A stretch of DNA of 64,000 nt, from NCBI GenBank assembly GCA_947593585.1, contig CANQDP010000004.1, forward strand, positions 30,227 to 94,226, written 5' to 3'. Shown here in pieces: positions 11,205 through 23,612 of the stretch. Below the pieces are notes generated by a model that worked only from the letters and a program-made list of their open reading frames with translations, made no database searches and was not told the DNA's origin. The position numbers and the translations under genes are program-made. How positions within the stretch are numbered: the stretch's first letter is position 1; every line of letters begins with the position of its first letter. The stretch comes from an uncultured Clostridia bacterium (GTDB taxonomy: Bacteria; Bacillota; Clostridia; Christensenellales; UBA1242).

Positions 11205-12095
11205 ATGGAATTTATTTCGCAAAATTGGTGGTGGATGGTTATAATCTTAGCCGTCATCATTATCGCTCTTATCGTTGTGCTCATTTTAATGGATCAGCGG
11301 GATAAAAAAATTATGTCCGACTTCCAAGAAAAAGTTTTAGCGGTGGAGAGTGAACAAATGGAGGAAAATATTGTTCCAGAGGCAAAAAATGTACAAAAGG
11401 AGGATGAAATGAAAGAAGTACACAAAGCCACTCAGTCAACTGCTAGCGTAACGACTGCAACTGCAAAAGTTGAAAAGAAAGCTAGCCCAGCTAAGAAAAC
11501 TGTTGCTAAAAAGCCAGCTGGTAAAACTGTAGCAAAGAAAACTGCTACAAAGGCTCCTGCAACAAAAACCACAAAAGCTGCTGCAAAGCCAGCAACTAAA
11601 ACAGCTGCTAAGCCTGCTGCAAAGAAAACAACCACAACTACAACTAAAACAGTAGCAAAGAAACCTGCTACTAAAACAACCACCACAAAAGCTGCTCCAA
11701 AAACCACAAAGAAAGTAACTAAGACCACAACCGTTAAAAAGGTTACAAAGAAAAGTGGTAGTGCAATGGCTGTTGCAAAATCAACTGTAACAAAGCCAGT
11801 TGCAAAGAAAGCACCTGCTGCTCCATCAGTAGCACCTGCAACAAAGGCTTCAAAGCCGGCTGCTAAAGCTGCTGCAAAGCCAGCAACAAAGACCGCTGCA
11901 AAGAAAGCTCCAGCAAAAACTGCTGCTAAGCCTGCAACAAAGTCTTGCGGTTGCAAGAAAGCAGAATGCAAGCCAGCTCCAAAAGCTGCTGCTAAAGCTC
12001 CTGCAAAGAAAGCTCCAGCAAAAGCTGCTGCAAAGCCTGCAACTAAAACTGCTGCTAAGCCAGCTGCAAAGAAAGCACCTGCAAAAAAGAAGTAA
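11205..12095 (+). CDS. Lys/Ala/Thr/Pro-rich histone-H1-like protein with N-terminal membrane anchor
   Basis: SD GGGGAG before ATG 11205. TM segment WWWMVIILAVIIIALIVVLIL. About 220 aa of PAKK/KPATKTAAK repeats. Second SD and ATG at 11397-11411. Confidence 0.85.
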   Translation: MEFISQNWWWMVIILAVIIIALIVVLILMDQRDKKIMSDFQEKVLAVESEQMEENIVPEAKNVQKEDEMKEVHKATQSTASVTTATAKVEKKASPAKKTVAKKPAGKTVAKKTATKAPATKTTKAAAKPATKTAAKPAAKKTTTTTTKTVAKKPATKTTTTKAAPKTTKKVTKTTTVKKVTKKSGSAMAVAKSTVTKPVAKKAPAAPSVAPATKASKPAAKAAAKPATKTAAKKAPAKTAAKPATKSCGCKKAECKPAPKAAAKAPAKKAPAKAAAKPATKTAAKPAAKKAPAKKK

Positions 12096-12098
12096 TCA

Positions 12099-12128
12099 AA
12101 AAAACCCTAAATCATTAGGGTTTTTTTA
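12099..12128 (+). terminator. Intrinsic terminator
   Basis: AAAAAACCCTAA-ATCA-TTAGGGTTTTTT. Confidence 0.85.
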
Positions 12129-12197
12129 TGCCTTTTTAGTGCAAATTTTAATCAATCAAAACTTGACTTTTATCATTCATTAATTTAAAATAAAAGC

Positions 12198-12734
12198 ATG
12201 AGAGTGATTGCAGGAAAATATCGCGGAAAGAAATTGAAAGAATTTGATTTGCCATCCACAAAGCCAACTCTTGATAGGGTTAAAGAGGCAATCTTCAACC
12301 ACATTCAATTTGATGTGTTGGATGCTCGTGTGTTAGACCTTTTTTCTGGCACGGGTGCGTTTGGCATTGAAGCAATTTCACGCGGAGCACAGAGCGTGCA
12401 GATGATTGAAAATAATGAGCAAGCCGTCAAAATAATTAAAGATAATCTCAAAGGAGTGGAAGGCAACTTCTCACTCAAAAAAATTGATGCAATTTCTTAT
12501 TTGCAAAATTGCACTGAGCAGTTTGACATCATTCTCCTAGACCCTCCATATAAAACCACTCTTGGCACAGATGCCATAAACATTATTTTAGAAAGAAATT
12601 TGCTAGCGGCTCAGGGAATAATTATATTTGAAACAAACAAAGAGCACGAATTTAATTTCGCATATCCTGATTTTGAAATTCGCAAAAAGCAGTATGGCAC
12701 AGTTGCCGTCTATAAAATTACAAAATTAAATTAA
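12198..12734 (+). CDS. rsmD: 16S rRNA m2G966 methyltransferase
   Basis: MRVIAGKYRG, PTLDRVKEAIFN, LDLFSGTG, EAISRGA, DPPY. Confidence 0.95.
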   Translation: MRVIAGKYRGKKLKEFDLPSTKPTLDRVKEAIFNHIQFDVLDARVLDLFSGTGAFGIEAISRGAQSVQMIENNEQAVKIIKDNLKGVEGNFSLKKIDAISYLQNCTEQFDIILLDPPYKTTLGTDAINIILERNLLAAQGIIIFETNKEHEFNFAYPDFEIRKKQYGTVAVYKITKLN

Positions 12735-12744
12735 GGAAAATCTT

Positions 12745-13578
12745 ATGAAAGTGCAGCGTTTTAAAAACAAATTGATAATAGACAATCCAGCCGATTTCGA
12801 TGTGGTTCAAACGCTTAATTGCGGGCAGATTTTTCGTTATGTGATTGACGCAAACTCTGCGGTGGTGTTTTCTAAAGATAAATGTGCAAACATATCTTTT
12901 TCTCCTGCAAAAATTGAAATTTTATCAAATGATGTTGATTATTTCTATCATTTTTTTGATTTGGATAGGGACTATTCCAAAATAAAACGCACTCTTGAAA
13001 AAGATGAATTTTTGCGCCCCGCAATTAAATATGGCTATGGAATAAGAATTTTGAATAACGACCTGTTTGAAATGATTGTTAGTTTCATCATCTCAGCAAA
13101 TAATAATATAGGCAGAATAAAAAAGTCGATAGAATATCTATGCCGGCATTTTGGCAGCAACATGGGCAACTATCACGCTTTTCCAACTCTTGCACAATTA
13201 AAAAAAGCAAGCGTGAAAGATTATCAGTCCGCAGGCTTGGGTTATAGGGCAGAGCAAATGGCAGAAACAATCTCGCGTTTGACCGAAAAAGAGATTGAAA
13301 GCCTAAATTCTATGACCCCATCCGAGCAACGCAATTTTTTGATTTCTCTAAAAGGTGTTGGCGAGAAGGTGGCAAATTGCATCATGCTGTTTGGCTTGGG
13401 GGTTAAGAGCGTGTTCCCCGTGGACACCTGGATAAATAAAGTTTATAACGCCCTCACAAACACGCAGCAAAAAAATCGCAAACTCATCACGGAGGAATTG
13501 TACGCTCGTTATGGAGAATTATCCGGCTATGCTCAGCAATATTTCTTTTATTATTATAGGGATAATAAAATCAAATAG
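12745..13578 (+). CDS. 8-oxoguanine DNA glycosylase (Ogg, HhH-GPD)
   Basis: TLNCGQIFR, SANNNIGRI, GLGYRA, LKGVGEKVANC...FPVDTWI, GYAQQYFF. Confidence 0.9.
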   Translation: MKVQRFKNKLIIDNPADFDVVQTLNCGQIFRYVIDANSAVVFSKDKCANISFSPAKIEILSNDVDYFYHFFDLDRDYSKIKRTLEKDEFLRPAIKYGYGIRILNNDLFEMIVSFIISANNNIGRIKKSIEYLCRHFGSNMGNYHAFPTLAQLKKASVKDYQSAGLGYRAEQMAETISRLTEKEIESLNSMTPSEQRNFLISLKGVGEKVANCIMLFGLGVKSVFPVDTWINKVYNALTNTQQKNRKLITEELYARYGELSGYAQQYFFYYYRDNKIK

Positions 13579-13604
13579 AGCATCAAAAAAAGGCATCACT
13601 GCCT

Positions 13605-13958
13605 TTATTTTTTTTGTGCCTTTTTAATTTTGTTTAATAAAACTAATCTAACAATGTAGGTGATAAGCATCGCCAAAAAGCCAAAAAGGCTAACGCCAAC
13701 CACCACCCAAAACAAAACATTTTCCATAAAGAAGGTCAAAACCGTGCCAGCGATTGCAATCGCGAAGAAAACGCTCAGCAAAATAAAAGTAATTCGCTGC
13801 ACTTGATTGCGCTTTCTCACCAATTCTTGCTCTTTTTCCACTTCGTCTGGCATAATAAGATTTTCTCTTGGCTTGGTGTAATCCCTCAATTTTGCTCCAC
13901 AATTAGAGCAAAATTTTCTGTCATTCCTATTTTCAGTTCCACATTGGTCACAAAACAT
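13605..13958 (-). CDS. Zinc-ribbon membrane protein
   Basis: MFCDQCG...KFCSNCG plus two TM helices. Confidence 0.85.
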   Translation of the reverse strand: MFCDQCGTENRNDRKFCSNCGAKLRDYTKPRENLIMPDEVEKEQELVRKRNQVQRITFILLSVFFAIAIAGTVLTFFMENVLFWVVVGVSLFGFLAMLITYIVRLVLLNKIKKAQKK

Positions 13959-14127
13959 ATTTCAAAACCTCAATTTTATTCTAGCATATTTCGTTTGGAT
14001 AGTCAAATGGTTTTACCAACTTTTTGCCTGCCCAAATTTAAAAAAGGGTATTGACAAAATAAAATAATGTGATAAAATTAAACTAGTCTAATTGTTCTAA
14101 TTTTAGGGCATAAAAGGAGCAGCTAAA

Positions 14128-14643
14128 ATGGAATTTACTGCAATATTCACACAAATGGGTTGGGTGCCAGCAGTTTTGCTAAGCGTTGGCGTTGTTTTCT
14201 CAATCGTTGAAGTGTTTGTGCCGGGCTTTGGCTTTTTTGGAATTGTTGGCATGGGCTCAATGGTGGCAGGAATTATCGTAAGAATTGCACAAGGGCTAAA
14301 TGTTTTGCAATCAATCGTACTCATTTTATTGGTTTTGGGCTTCTTTGCTGTGGCGGGAATGTTTATGGTTTTCAGCGCACAGCACGGCATTCTAAGTCAA
14401 ACAGGTCTTTTTGAAACTAACACCACCATTTCACGAGATTACGATAAAACAGAAAAAGAGCTTCGCAAGTTAGTTGGCAAATCTGGCAGAGCGGTCAGCA
14501 AGTTAAATCTTGGGGGCAAAGCAAAAATTAGAGGAAAAATTTATGATGTTGTGTCTGCCACCTCGTTAATTCCGGCAGGTGCACACATTAAGGTGATAGA
14601 AATAAAGGATAATCATATTATTGTTAGAAAATGGTTTGAATAA
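14128..14643 (+). CDS. NfeD-family membrane protein (short form)
   Basis: EVFVPGFGFFGI and C-terminal OB-fold (LVGKSGRAVSKL...GKAKIRG). Lies upstream of floA. Confidence 0.88.
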   Translation: MEFTAIFTQMGWVPAVLLSVGVVFSIVEVFVPGFGFFGIVGMGSMVAGIIVRIAQGLNVLQSIVLILLVLGFFAVAGMFMVFSAQHGILSQTGLFETNTTISRDYDKTEKELRKLVGKSGRAVSKLNLGGKAKIRGKIYDVVSATSLIPAGAHIKVIEIKDNHIIVRKWFE

Positions 14644-14652
14644 GGAGGATGA

Positions 14653-15702
14653 ATGTCCAGTTTATTAATATCAAACACTCAATTAATTGTGTTAATCGTT
14701 GTGCTGGCAGTGGTTTTAGCGCTCTTTATTGCGCTCTTTATCATCGTGCCAACAAATGTGTGGTTTAGGGCACTTGCTTCTGGTGCACATGTTTCAATGT
14801 TCCGCCTTATAGGCATGAAAATTAGAAAAATCAATTATAAACAAGTGGTCAACATCTATATTGTTTCGCAAAAGGCGGGGCTTAAAATTCCAATTTCAGA
14901 TTTGGAAACGCACTTAATGGCAGGCGGGCATATCGATAGTCTTGTGAACGCAATGATTGCTGCCCACAGCGCAAAAATCAATCTCACATTAGAGCAGGCA
15001 AAGGCAATCGACCTTGCCGGCAGAGATGTGGTTGAAGCGGTAAAAACCAGCATCACCCCAAAAATCATCCGCACTCCATGGATTGGGGCAATGGCTAAAA
15101 ACGGCATTCAAGTGAAAGTTTTGGCACAGGTAACAGTTCGTGCCAGGCTTGATAGGCAAATCGGCACGGCAGATGTGGAAACAATCTTGGCGCGCGTTGG
15201 TGAAGGCATAGTAACATCCATCGGCAAAGCCAACACCCACACTGAAATTTTGTCCGACCCTTCAATTATTTCTAAAACAATTCTTGACGACCATCTTGAT
15301 AGGCAGACGGGTTATGAAATATTGTCAATAGACATTGCCGATGTCGATGTTGGCGACAATGTCGGCGCAAAATTAAAAATCGAAGATGCCGAGGCGAAGA
15401 AGAAAATAAGTCAGGCAGCAGCCGAAGAGAGAAAGGCTCAAGCCGTGGCATTAGAGCAAGAGATGAAGGCGAAAACTCAAGAGATGAAGGCGATAGTTCT
15501 CGCTGCGGAGAGTGAAGTGCATAAGGCAATGGCTCAAGCATTAAAGACGGGCAAATTCGGCGTGATGGACTATTATAAACTTCAAAACATTGTGGCAGAC
15601 ACAAACATGAGAAATGCCATCAGTGCACCAAAAGAAGAAAAGGATAAAGATAGGGAACGCCCAGCCGGCAATAATGGTGGACGCCCTCCGTTTAAAGACT
15701 AA
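14653..15702 (+). CDS. floA: Flotillin-like protein FloA (YqfA)
   Basis: LETHLMAGG, AIDLAGRDV, ARVGEGIV, EILSIDIADVDVG, GVMDYY. Confidence 0.95.
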   Translation: MSSLLISNTQLIVLIVVLAVVLALFIALFIIVPTNVWFRALASGAHVSMFRLIGMKIRKINYKQVVNIYIVSQKAGLKIPISDLETHLMAGGHIDSLVNAMIAAHSAKINLTLEQAKAIDLAGRDVVEAVKTSITPKIIRTPWIGAMAKNGIQVKVLAQVTVRARLDRQIGTADVETILARVGEGIVTSIGKANTHTEILSDPSIISKTILDDHLDRQTGYEILSIDIADVDVGDNVGAKLKIEDAEAKKKISQAAAEERKAQAVALEQEMKAKTQEMKAIVLAAESEVHKAMAQALKTGKFGVMDYYKLQNIVADTNMRNAISAPKEEKDKDRERPAGNNGGRPPFKD

Positions 15703-15724
15703 ATATCATAAAAGAGGCTAGAAA

Positions 15725-16162
15725 ATGTCGATTGTGGAAAAGGTTCTCATACTGTCAGCGGTTCTAATGCCTTTCATAGCATTAATCGTGTTTTTGCCGA
15801 GTTGGATAAAAAATCGAAAAATAAAAAAGGCAAATGCAAAGCCGGAGCCCACGCCACAGCCAACAAAAGAGCCTGAGCCCGAGCCCCAGCCGGTAACACC
15901 AACTCCACATAAGGTGGATTCACACGGGCACGAAAACGATTTTTTGGATTATGCAGAAAACAAGCGCAAAAGGGTGTCCGCCCCCAAAAGGAACAATCCA
16001 ATCCCTAATTTTAGAGATTTTGAAAGATTTTCTCAATCAAGGCCGGTCGTTCGCCAGCCGGTTGAAGAAAAGAGCATAAAGGAAGAAATCAATTCCCTCA
16101 GCCCAAGTTTAAAAGCTCTAATTATTTCGGGAGCGTTGAATAAACGAGATTTTGATGAATAA
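15725..16162 (+). CDS. Membrane-anchored Pro-rich protein (third gene of nfeD-floA operon)
   Basis: N-terminal TM helix and PEP linker. Occupies the yqfB position. Confidence 0.7.
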   Translation: MSIVEKVLILSAVLMPFIALIVFLPSWIKNRKIKKANAKPEPTPQPTKEPEPEPQPVTPTPHKVDSHGHENDFLDYAENKRKRVSAPKRNNPIPNFRDFERFSQSRPVVRQPVEEKSIKEEINSLSPSLKALIISGALNKRDFDE

Positions 16163-16187
16163 AAAATATGCATTGCTGCATATTTTT

Positions 16188-17240
16188 TTAAACTTCTATA
16201 TTTGGGCGAGAGCTTAACGGTTTATCCTCAATTTGTGCGCCATAATTATTAATAGGTTGGCTAGAGCGAGCGTCCATAACGGCAATCACTCGTTTCATAG
16301 CCTCTTTATTGATGCCCTTAATGCCAGATAAATCTCCGCCATTTTTCTTTATTAATTTAATTATCTTATATATATTATAAGGATTATTTTTAAAAGTGGG
16401 GTGATTAATCATTTTTAGGCAAGCGTCCAAATTGTCGCTCGCTAAAAGGCGGTTAAATAATTTTTGGTCGGCCTCATCATTAGGGTAGAGCGAGTGAGCG
16501 GCCTCATATTTAAGCACCTCAATTCTATCGTTTTGTGGCAAAGAAGCAAACTCCATCTGGAAATTTTTAAAACTCTCCTCAATAATTTTGCCATAAGCAT
16601 CTAGCAAGTAGTTTTTAGAAGAAAGTTCCTTTTTGGTTTTAAAATAAACTTTTCTAAGATAAAGTTTCATCTTTTCAAGCGTTTTGGAAGGATATTGCTT
16701 TTCAACTTCATCAAATAACTTAAGAGCCTCTAATAGTGCCTGGTCGTTTGCTTTTTGCTCGTTTGGGTTGGCAGAGTAAAGCGAAAGCGTAACATCCACA
16801 CCCGTTTCCAAGTCAAAACCGCAAATCGTTCTAACTGCGTATAGCACATTTTCATATTTGAAATGCTCAAGATAAGCGGCGGATGGGTTGCCATATTCAT
16901 CTTTTTGAATTTTGGAATTTTCATTGTCCGTTTGCAAATGGCTAAACTCATGCAATATGGAGTCAATAATTTTCACTGCTCGCTTATATCCGCCTTTAAA
17001 AAGTTTGTCGTTTAGGCTGATTAATCCGGTTCCGTGTGCTCCCAAGCATCCGTTAAGCCCCCTCAAAACGGAAAATTTGATTTCACCAAGTTGCAAATCG
17101 GCTAATTTATATTTAATTAAACTAAGGGTCAACTCTTTGGAAATGTTTGCCCTGCCTCTATTATCTGTGAAAGAGGCTATTAAATCCACAAGTTCACTCA
17201 AGCACTCTTCCTTAGTTTTGTTATTTACTATATTAATCAT
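16188..17240 (-). CDS. Hypothetical protein with HExxH (possible zincin metallopeptidase)
   Basis: ILHEFSHLQ with downstream NPNEQKA. Start moved to 17240 (TTGACA-16-TATAAT-7-ATG). Confidence 0.65.
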   Translation of the reverse strand: MINIVNNKTKEECLSELVDLIASFTDNRGRANISKELTLSLIKYKLADLQLGEIKFSVLRGLNGCLGAHGTGLISLNDKLFKGGYKRAVKIIDSILHEFSHLQTDNENSKIQKDEYGNPSAAYLEHFKYENVLYAVRTICGFDLETGVDVTLSLYSANPNEQKANDQALLEALKLFDEVEKQYPSKTLEKMKLYLRKVYFKTKKELSSKNYLLDAYGKIIEESFKNFQMEFASLPQNDRIEVLKYEAAHSLYPNDEADQKLFNRLLASDNLDACLKMINHPTFKNNPYNIYKIIKLIKKNGGDLSGIKGINKEAMKRVIAVMDARSSQPINNYGAQIEDKPLSSRPNIEV

Positions 17241-17440
17241 GCTTATAATTATATCAAACAATCAAAAGTTGTCAAGAAGCAATTTTTGAATTTCGCCTTA
17301 AAATTTTCAAAAATCACCCTTTTTTGGCGTTTGATGGGGTAGAATAGGTTCTTAAAACAGGCATTTTCGGCATATTTTCGTATATTTTGTCAAAACTTTA
17401 AAAAAAATCCAAAAATTTTTAAAAAATTTTAAAAAAACTG

Positions 17441-17469
17441 TTGACAAAAAATAAAATGTGTGTTATATT
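17441..17469 (+). promoter_or_regulatory. SigmaA promoter of the 23S-5S unit
   Basis: TTGACA-17-TATATT with TGn extension and A-tract UP region. Confidence 0.85.
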
Positions 17470-17666
17470 AAACTTGCATTCAGCCTGAGGCGGGGCAATC
17501 CAAATCAAGCAAATGCCTATAAAATAAGTGCTTTTGCACCATAGTTTTATAGTAAGGACAATGACAACTGCATATTTAAAATACAAATACGAGAAGTAAT
17601 TGCATCAAAGCAATTCAATTTCAATTTGTAATTTTGCCAAAGAACATTTATCAAAGGAACAAAGAC

Positions 17667-20600
<2,934 letters not shown>

Positions 20601-20830
20601 CCTTCCTTTTGAGAATTTTCTTTGAGTAAAATTACATGTGTTTGTATTAGCAAATCTCAGTTTGTTCAATCTACGAGAGAAACCGCTAGCGGTGTCTCTT
20701 GTAAACACGAGCAAACGAACATAGGCTTATGTGTTGTGTAGTAAAACGAAACAACACTCGCAAATGTGAGATTTGCGAGTGTGCAGTTGTCATTGTTCTA
20801 AATCAGCAAATGCCGATGTTCAATGTACCA

Positions 20831-20948
20831 TGATGGTGATTATAGCTGAGAGGTTCCACTTGTTCCCATTCCGAACACAAAAGTTAAGCTCTCAAACGCC
20901 GAAAATACTTGGCTGGAGACGGCCCGGTAAGATAGGAAGTTGCCATCA
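20831..20948 (+). rRNA. rrf: 5S rRNA
   Basis: 118 nt, ends pair (TGATGGTGA/TTGCCATCA), CCCATTCCGAACAC and AAGTTAAG motifs. Confidence 0.97.
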
Positions 20949-21280
20949 ACCTGATGCGAGCAATTCGCTTGCTTTAATCAAAACCCACTGAAATTCAGTG
21001 GGTTTTTTCATTTTTAAGCGATTGCTCGCATTCTATGAGGGACAACCAGCAGGCTGTTTTTCCCTCATTACTCCTTTTCCGGTTTAATAAGGATTTGTTA
21101 TTTTTGCAGAGTTTTTTTTCGTCTCCAGCCAAGTGTCGGGGTCCCCGCAAAAAGTATGTTTTGCGGGGATAAGGAGCAATCGTGCAAAAAATGAAATTTG
21201 CGAACTTGTGAGCAAATGATAAAAAGTACGAATTGCGACGCGGAGACGGCCCGGTAAGATAGGAAGTTGCCATCAACCTG
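20915..21280. repeat. 39-bp perfect direct repeat of the 5S 3' end (20915-20953 and 21242-21280) flanking a structured insert
   Basis: GGAGACGGCCCGGTAAGATAGGAAGTTGCCATCAACCTG occurs twice, 327 bp apart. Confidence 0.97.
20954..21241. mobile_element. Putative non-autonomous structured element inserted at the 5S gene
   Basis: Target duplication, multiple hairpins, two inverted ATT(A/G)CTCCTT(T/A)TCC motifs, no credible ORF. Confidence 0.5.
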
Positions 21281-21281
21281 C

Positions 21282-21318
21282 ATCGCAAATGGCCTTTATG
21301 GCTGTTTGCGATTTTTTT
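21282..21318 (+). terminator. Intrinsic terminator after the duplicated 5S fragment
   Basis: ATCGCAAATGGCC-TTTAT-GGCTGTTTGCGAT plus T run. Confidence 0.85.
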
Positions 21319-21564
21319 ATCTCAAATTATCAGTTTTAGGCGTTTGCAATGCTCAATGGGAGAAAATGAATATAAAAAAATAGACATCTCCGCTTAACTT
21401 TAGAATTTCTTCTCTTGACAAATTAAACTTTCAGTGTTAATATAAAAATGATGGTGGTTTTTAGGCTTAAAAACCTTAAAGTTTAAGTTGTTTGAAAAAT
21501 AATTTTATATTTAAACTATTCAAAAAAGTGTTAGATTAGTAAATAAAAAAGATTGGAGGTCCTT

Positions 21565-22308
21565 ATGAAAAATGTTCAAATAATTCCTCATTATTGCGAG
21601 GATTTTGAAATATATTACGGCAAAAAAGAGCAAAAAGAATTGGGCAAAATTTTATCTGATGTGTTGTCCAGATTTAATTTGACGAATGAAGAAAAAGCGC
21701 AGTTGTCCAAATATGTTTATAGCGTTAAATCTTTTTATCATAAAGGTCTTTGCCCTAAAAGGGAAAATTCCGCTAATCTATACTGCGGAGATTATGTGGA
21801 TATAAAGCTTACTCACATTGTGGACTATGACGCACTCATTTTTGAAAATTTTCACAATCTTGAAGTGGACATTTCTTTCTTAAATAATGACACAATTGAA
21901 GAGCACAAAATAGACGCTCGAGATGCGGACATTCCTAAATTGGTGGAATTAATGGTTCTTTTCAATAGTTTGTGCAAAATAAATCATATGCCAAAATACT
22001 CAAACAAAGAATCAAAATATCATGAAGTGTATAAAATTTATGTGGATATTCTCGAAGCAATCGCTTCTGGCAGCTATGCAGAATTAGAGCCATGTTTAGA
22101 ATACATCCCAACATGGTTGGAGATAAACAAAAAAGGCGAGGATAATTGGCAAAATCTTCTCACCAGGACGCAGAACACAGCAAGCCTAAAAGCCATATAT
22201 AAAGGTGGAAGCATCAATCAAAAGCAATATTCAAAATATAAAGATTATTTAAAACGCATATCATTTGATGCTGTGAAATCTAAATTGTTGCGCGAATTGG
22301 AGAGTTAA
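21565..22308 (+). CDS. Hypothetical protein
   Basis: GGAGG SD before ATG 21565, own TTGACA promoter at 21415, no recognised motif. Confidence 0.75.
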   Translation: MKNVQIIPHYCEDFEIYYGKKEQKELGKILSDVLSRFNLTNEEKAQLSKYVYSVKSFYHKGLCPKRENSANLYCGDYVDIKLTHIVDYDALIFENFHNLEVDISFLNNDTIEEHKIDARDADIPKLVELMVLFNSLCKINHMPKYSNKESKYHEVYKIYVDILEAIASGSYAELEPCLEYIPTWLEINKKGEDNWQNLLTRTQNTASLKAIYKGGSINQKQYSKYKDYLKRISFDAVKSKLLRELES

Positions 22309-22309
22309 T

Positions 22310-22543
22310 ATGAAATTGGTTGTGGAGTTGTTCAACGCAAAGCGACACAGGGCGAAGCTTGCACGAAGTGCCATTGTTTTGGAAAAATGTTATAGAAATT
22401 CAAAGTCTAAAAGTTTAAGAAAAGAAACGAAAGCGCGAATTAAAAAGGTTGAAAAAGAACTAAAAATTTGCGATTTTAAAGTGCAATATTTCACCCGGCT
22501 ATACATAAATCATGTTGAAAAACAAATTAAAGAAAACAAATAA
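22310..22543 (+). CDS. Small basic hypothetical protein
   Basis: GGAG SD, starts 1 nt after upstream stop, K/R-rich helical sequence. Confidence 0.65.
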   Translation: MKLVVELFNAKRHRAKLARSAIVLEKCYRNSKSKSLRKETKARIKKVEKELKICDFKVQYFTRLYINHVEKQIKENK

Positions 22544-22634
22544 ATTTTACAAATTAGCCTAGTTTATTAAAAAAATTGTGCAAAATGGCACAATTTTTTA
22601 GTTTTTTTAAAATTTTTTTTACATTTTTAAACAA

Positions 22635-23474
22635 CTAAAAGTTAGGATTGTTTTTTGCCAATTTATATGTGTTTTCCATCAAGCAAGCCACAGTGAGTGG
22701 GCCAACGCCACCAGGCACAGGTGTAATCATAGAGCATTTTTCTTTCACGCTTTCAAAGTCCACATCACCACAAAGTTTTCCGTCAACTCTGTTCATGCCA
22801 ACATCCACAACCACCGCACCAGATTTCACAAAATCTGCATCAATAAATTTGGCTTTTCCAATGGCAACAACTAATATGTCTGCCATTCTTGTGATTTCCT
22901 TTAAATTTTCAGTTTTGCTATGGCAAAGCACAACGGTTGCATTCCTTTGCAAAAGTAGGTGAGCAATGCTTTGACCCACAAGTTTGCTTCTTCCCACCAC
23001 AACGGCAGTTTTTCCTTCAATTTGCACATCATATTTATCAAGCAATTTTATTATTCCGCTCGGTGTGCAAGGTGCAAAATTTGAAACTCCTTTAAAAAAT
23101 AGTTTGCCCATATTTTCGTTTGTTAGCCCGTCTGCATCTTTTCTTGGGTCAATTTTGCCAATTGCACTTTCTTCATCAAGACCATTTGGAAGTGGCAGTT
23201 GCAAAAGGATTGCGGAAACATCCTCATCTTTATTTTCTTTTTGAATTGCCTCTTCAAGTTCATTTTGTGAAGTGCTTTGGTTTAATCTTATCAGTTTAGA
23301 AAGCAAGCCACACTCTTCACAAGCGCGTTGCTTGTTTCTCACATAAATCTCGCTGGCAGAATTGCCTTCAATCATCAGGCAAGATAGAGTTGGTTTCTTA
23401 GTTAAAGAAGAAACCTTTTCTTTCACTTCATTTTTAATTTCTTGCGCCAAACTTTTTCCATCTAAAATAATCAT
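22635..23474 (-). CDS. folD: Methylenetetrahydrofolate dehydrogenase/cyclohydrolase
   Basis: ILDGK, YVRNK, LLQLPLP, KDADG, PCTP, TPVPGGVGPLT. Start moved to 23474. Confidence 0.97.
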   Translation of the reverse strand: MIILDGKSLAQEIKNEVKEKVSSLTKKPTLSCLMIEGNSASEIYVRNKQRACEECGLLSKLIRLNQSTSQNELEEAIQKENKDEDVSAILLQLPLPNGLDEESAIGKIDPRKDADGLTNENMGKLFFKGVSNFAPCTPSGIIKLLDKYDVQIEGKTAVVVGRSKLVGQSIAHLLLQRNATVVLCHSKTENLKEITRMADILVVAIGKAKFIDADFVKSGAVVVDVGMNRVDGKLCGDVDFESVKEKCSMITPVPGGVGPLTVACLMENTYKLAKNNPNF

Positions 23475-23612
23475 ACATATATTATAGCACAAAATTTGCA
23501 TTTTGCAAAATTTTAATGATTTTTAATTATATATTTAATTTTAATTAATTAAAACCTTTGCTAAAGCAGGGTTTTGCTTAAAATAATGTTATTGGCGTAA
23601 TTTTTAGATTAA

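Noticed and set aside
11432-11971. Minus-strand hydrophobic 179-aa ORF
   Set aside because: Antisense shadow of the Lys/Ala-rich repeat gene.
21445-21490. Fluoride riboswitch or 5S 5' fragment (ATGATGGTG)
   Set aside because: The match is only about 9 nt and lacks the remaining conserved elements.
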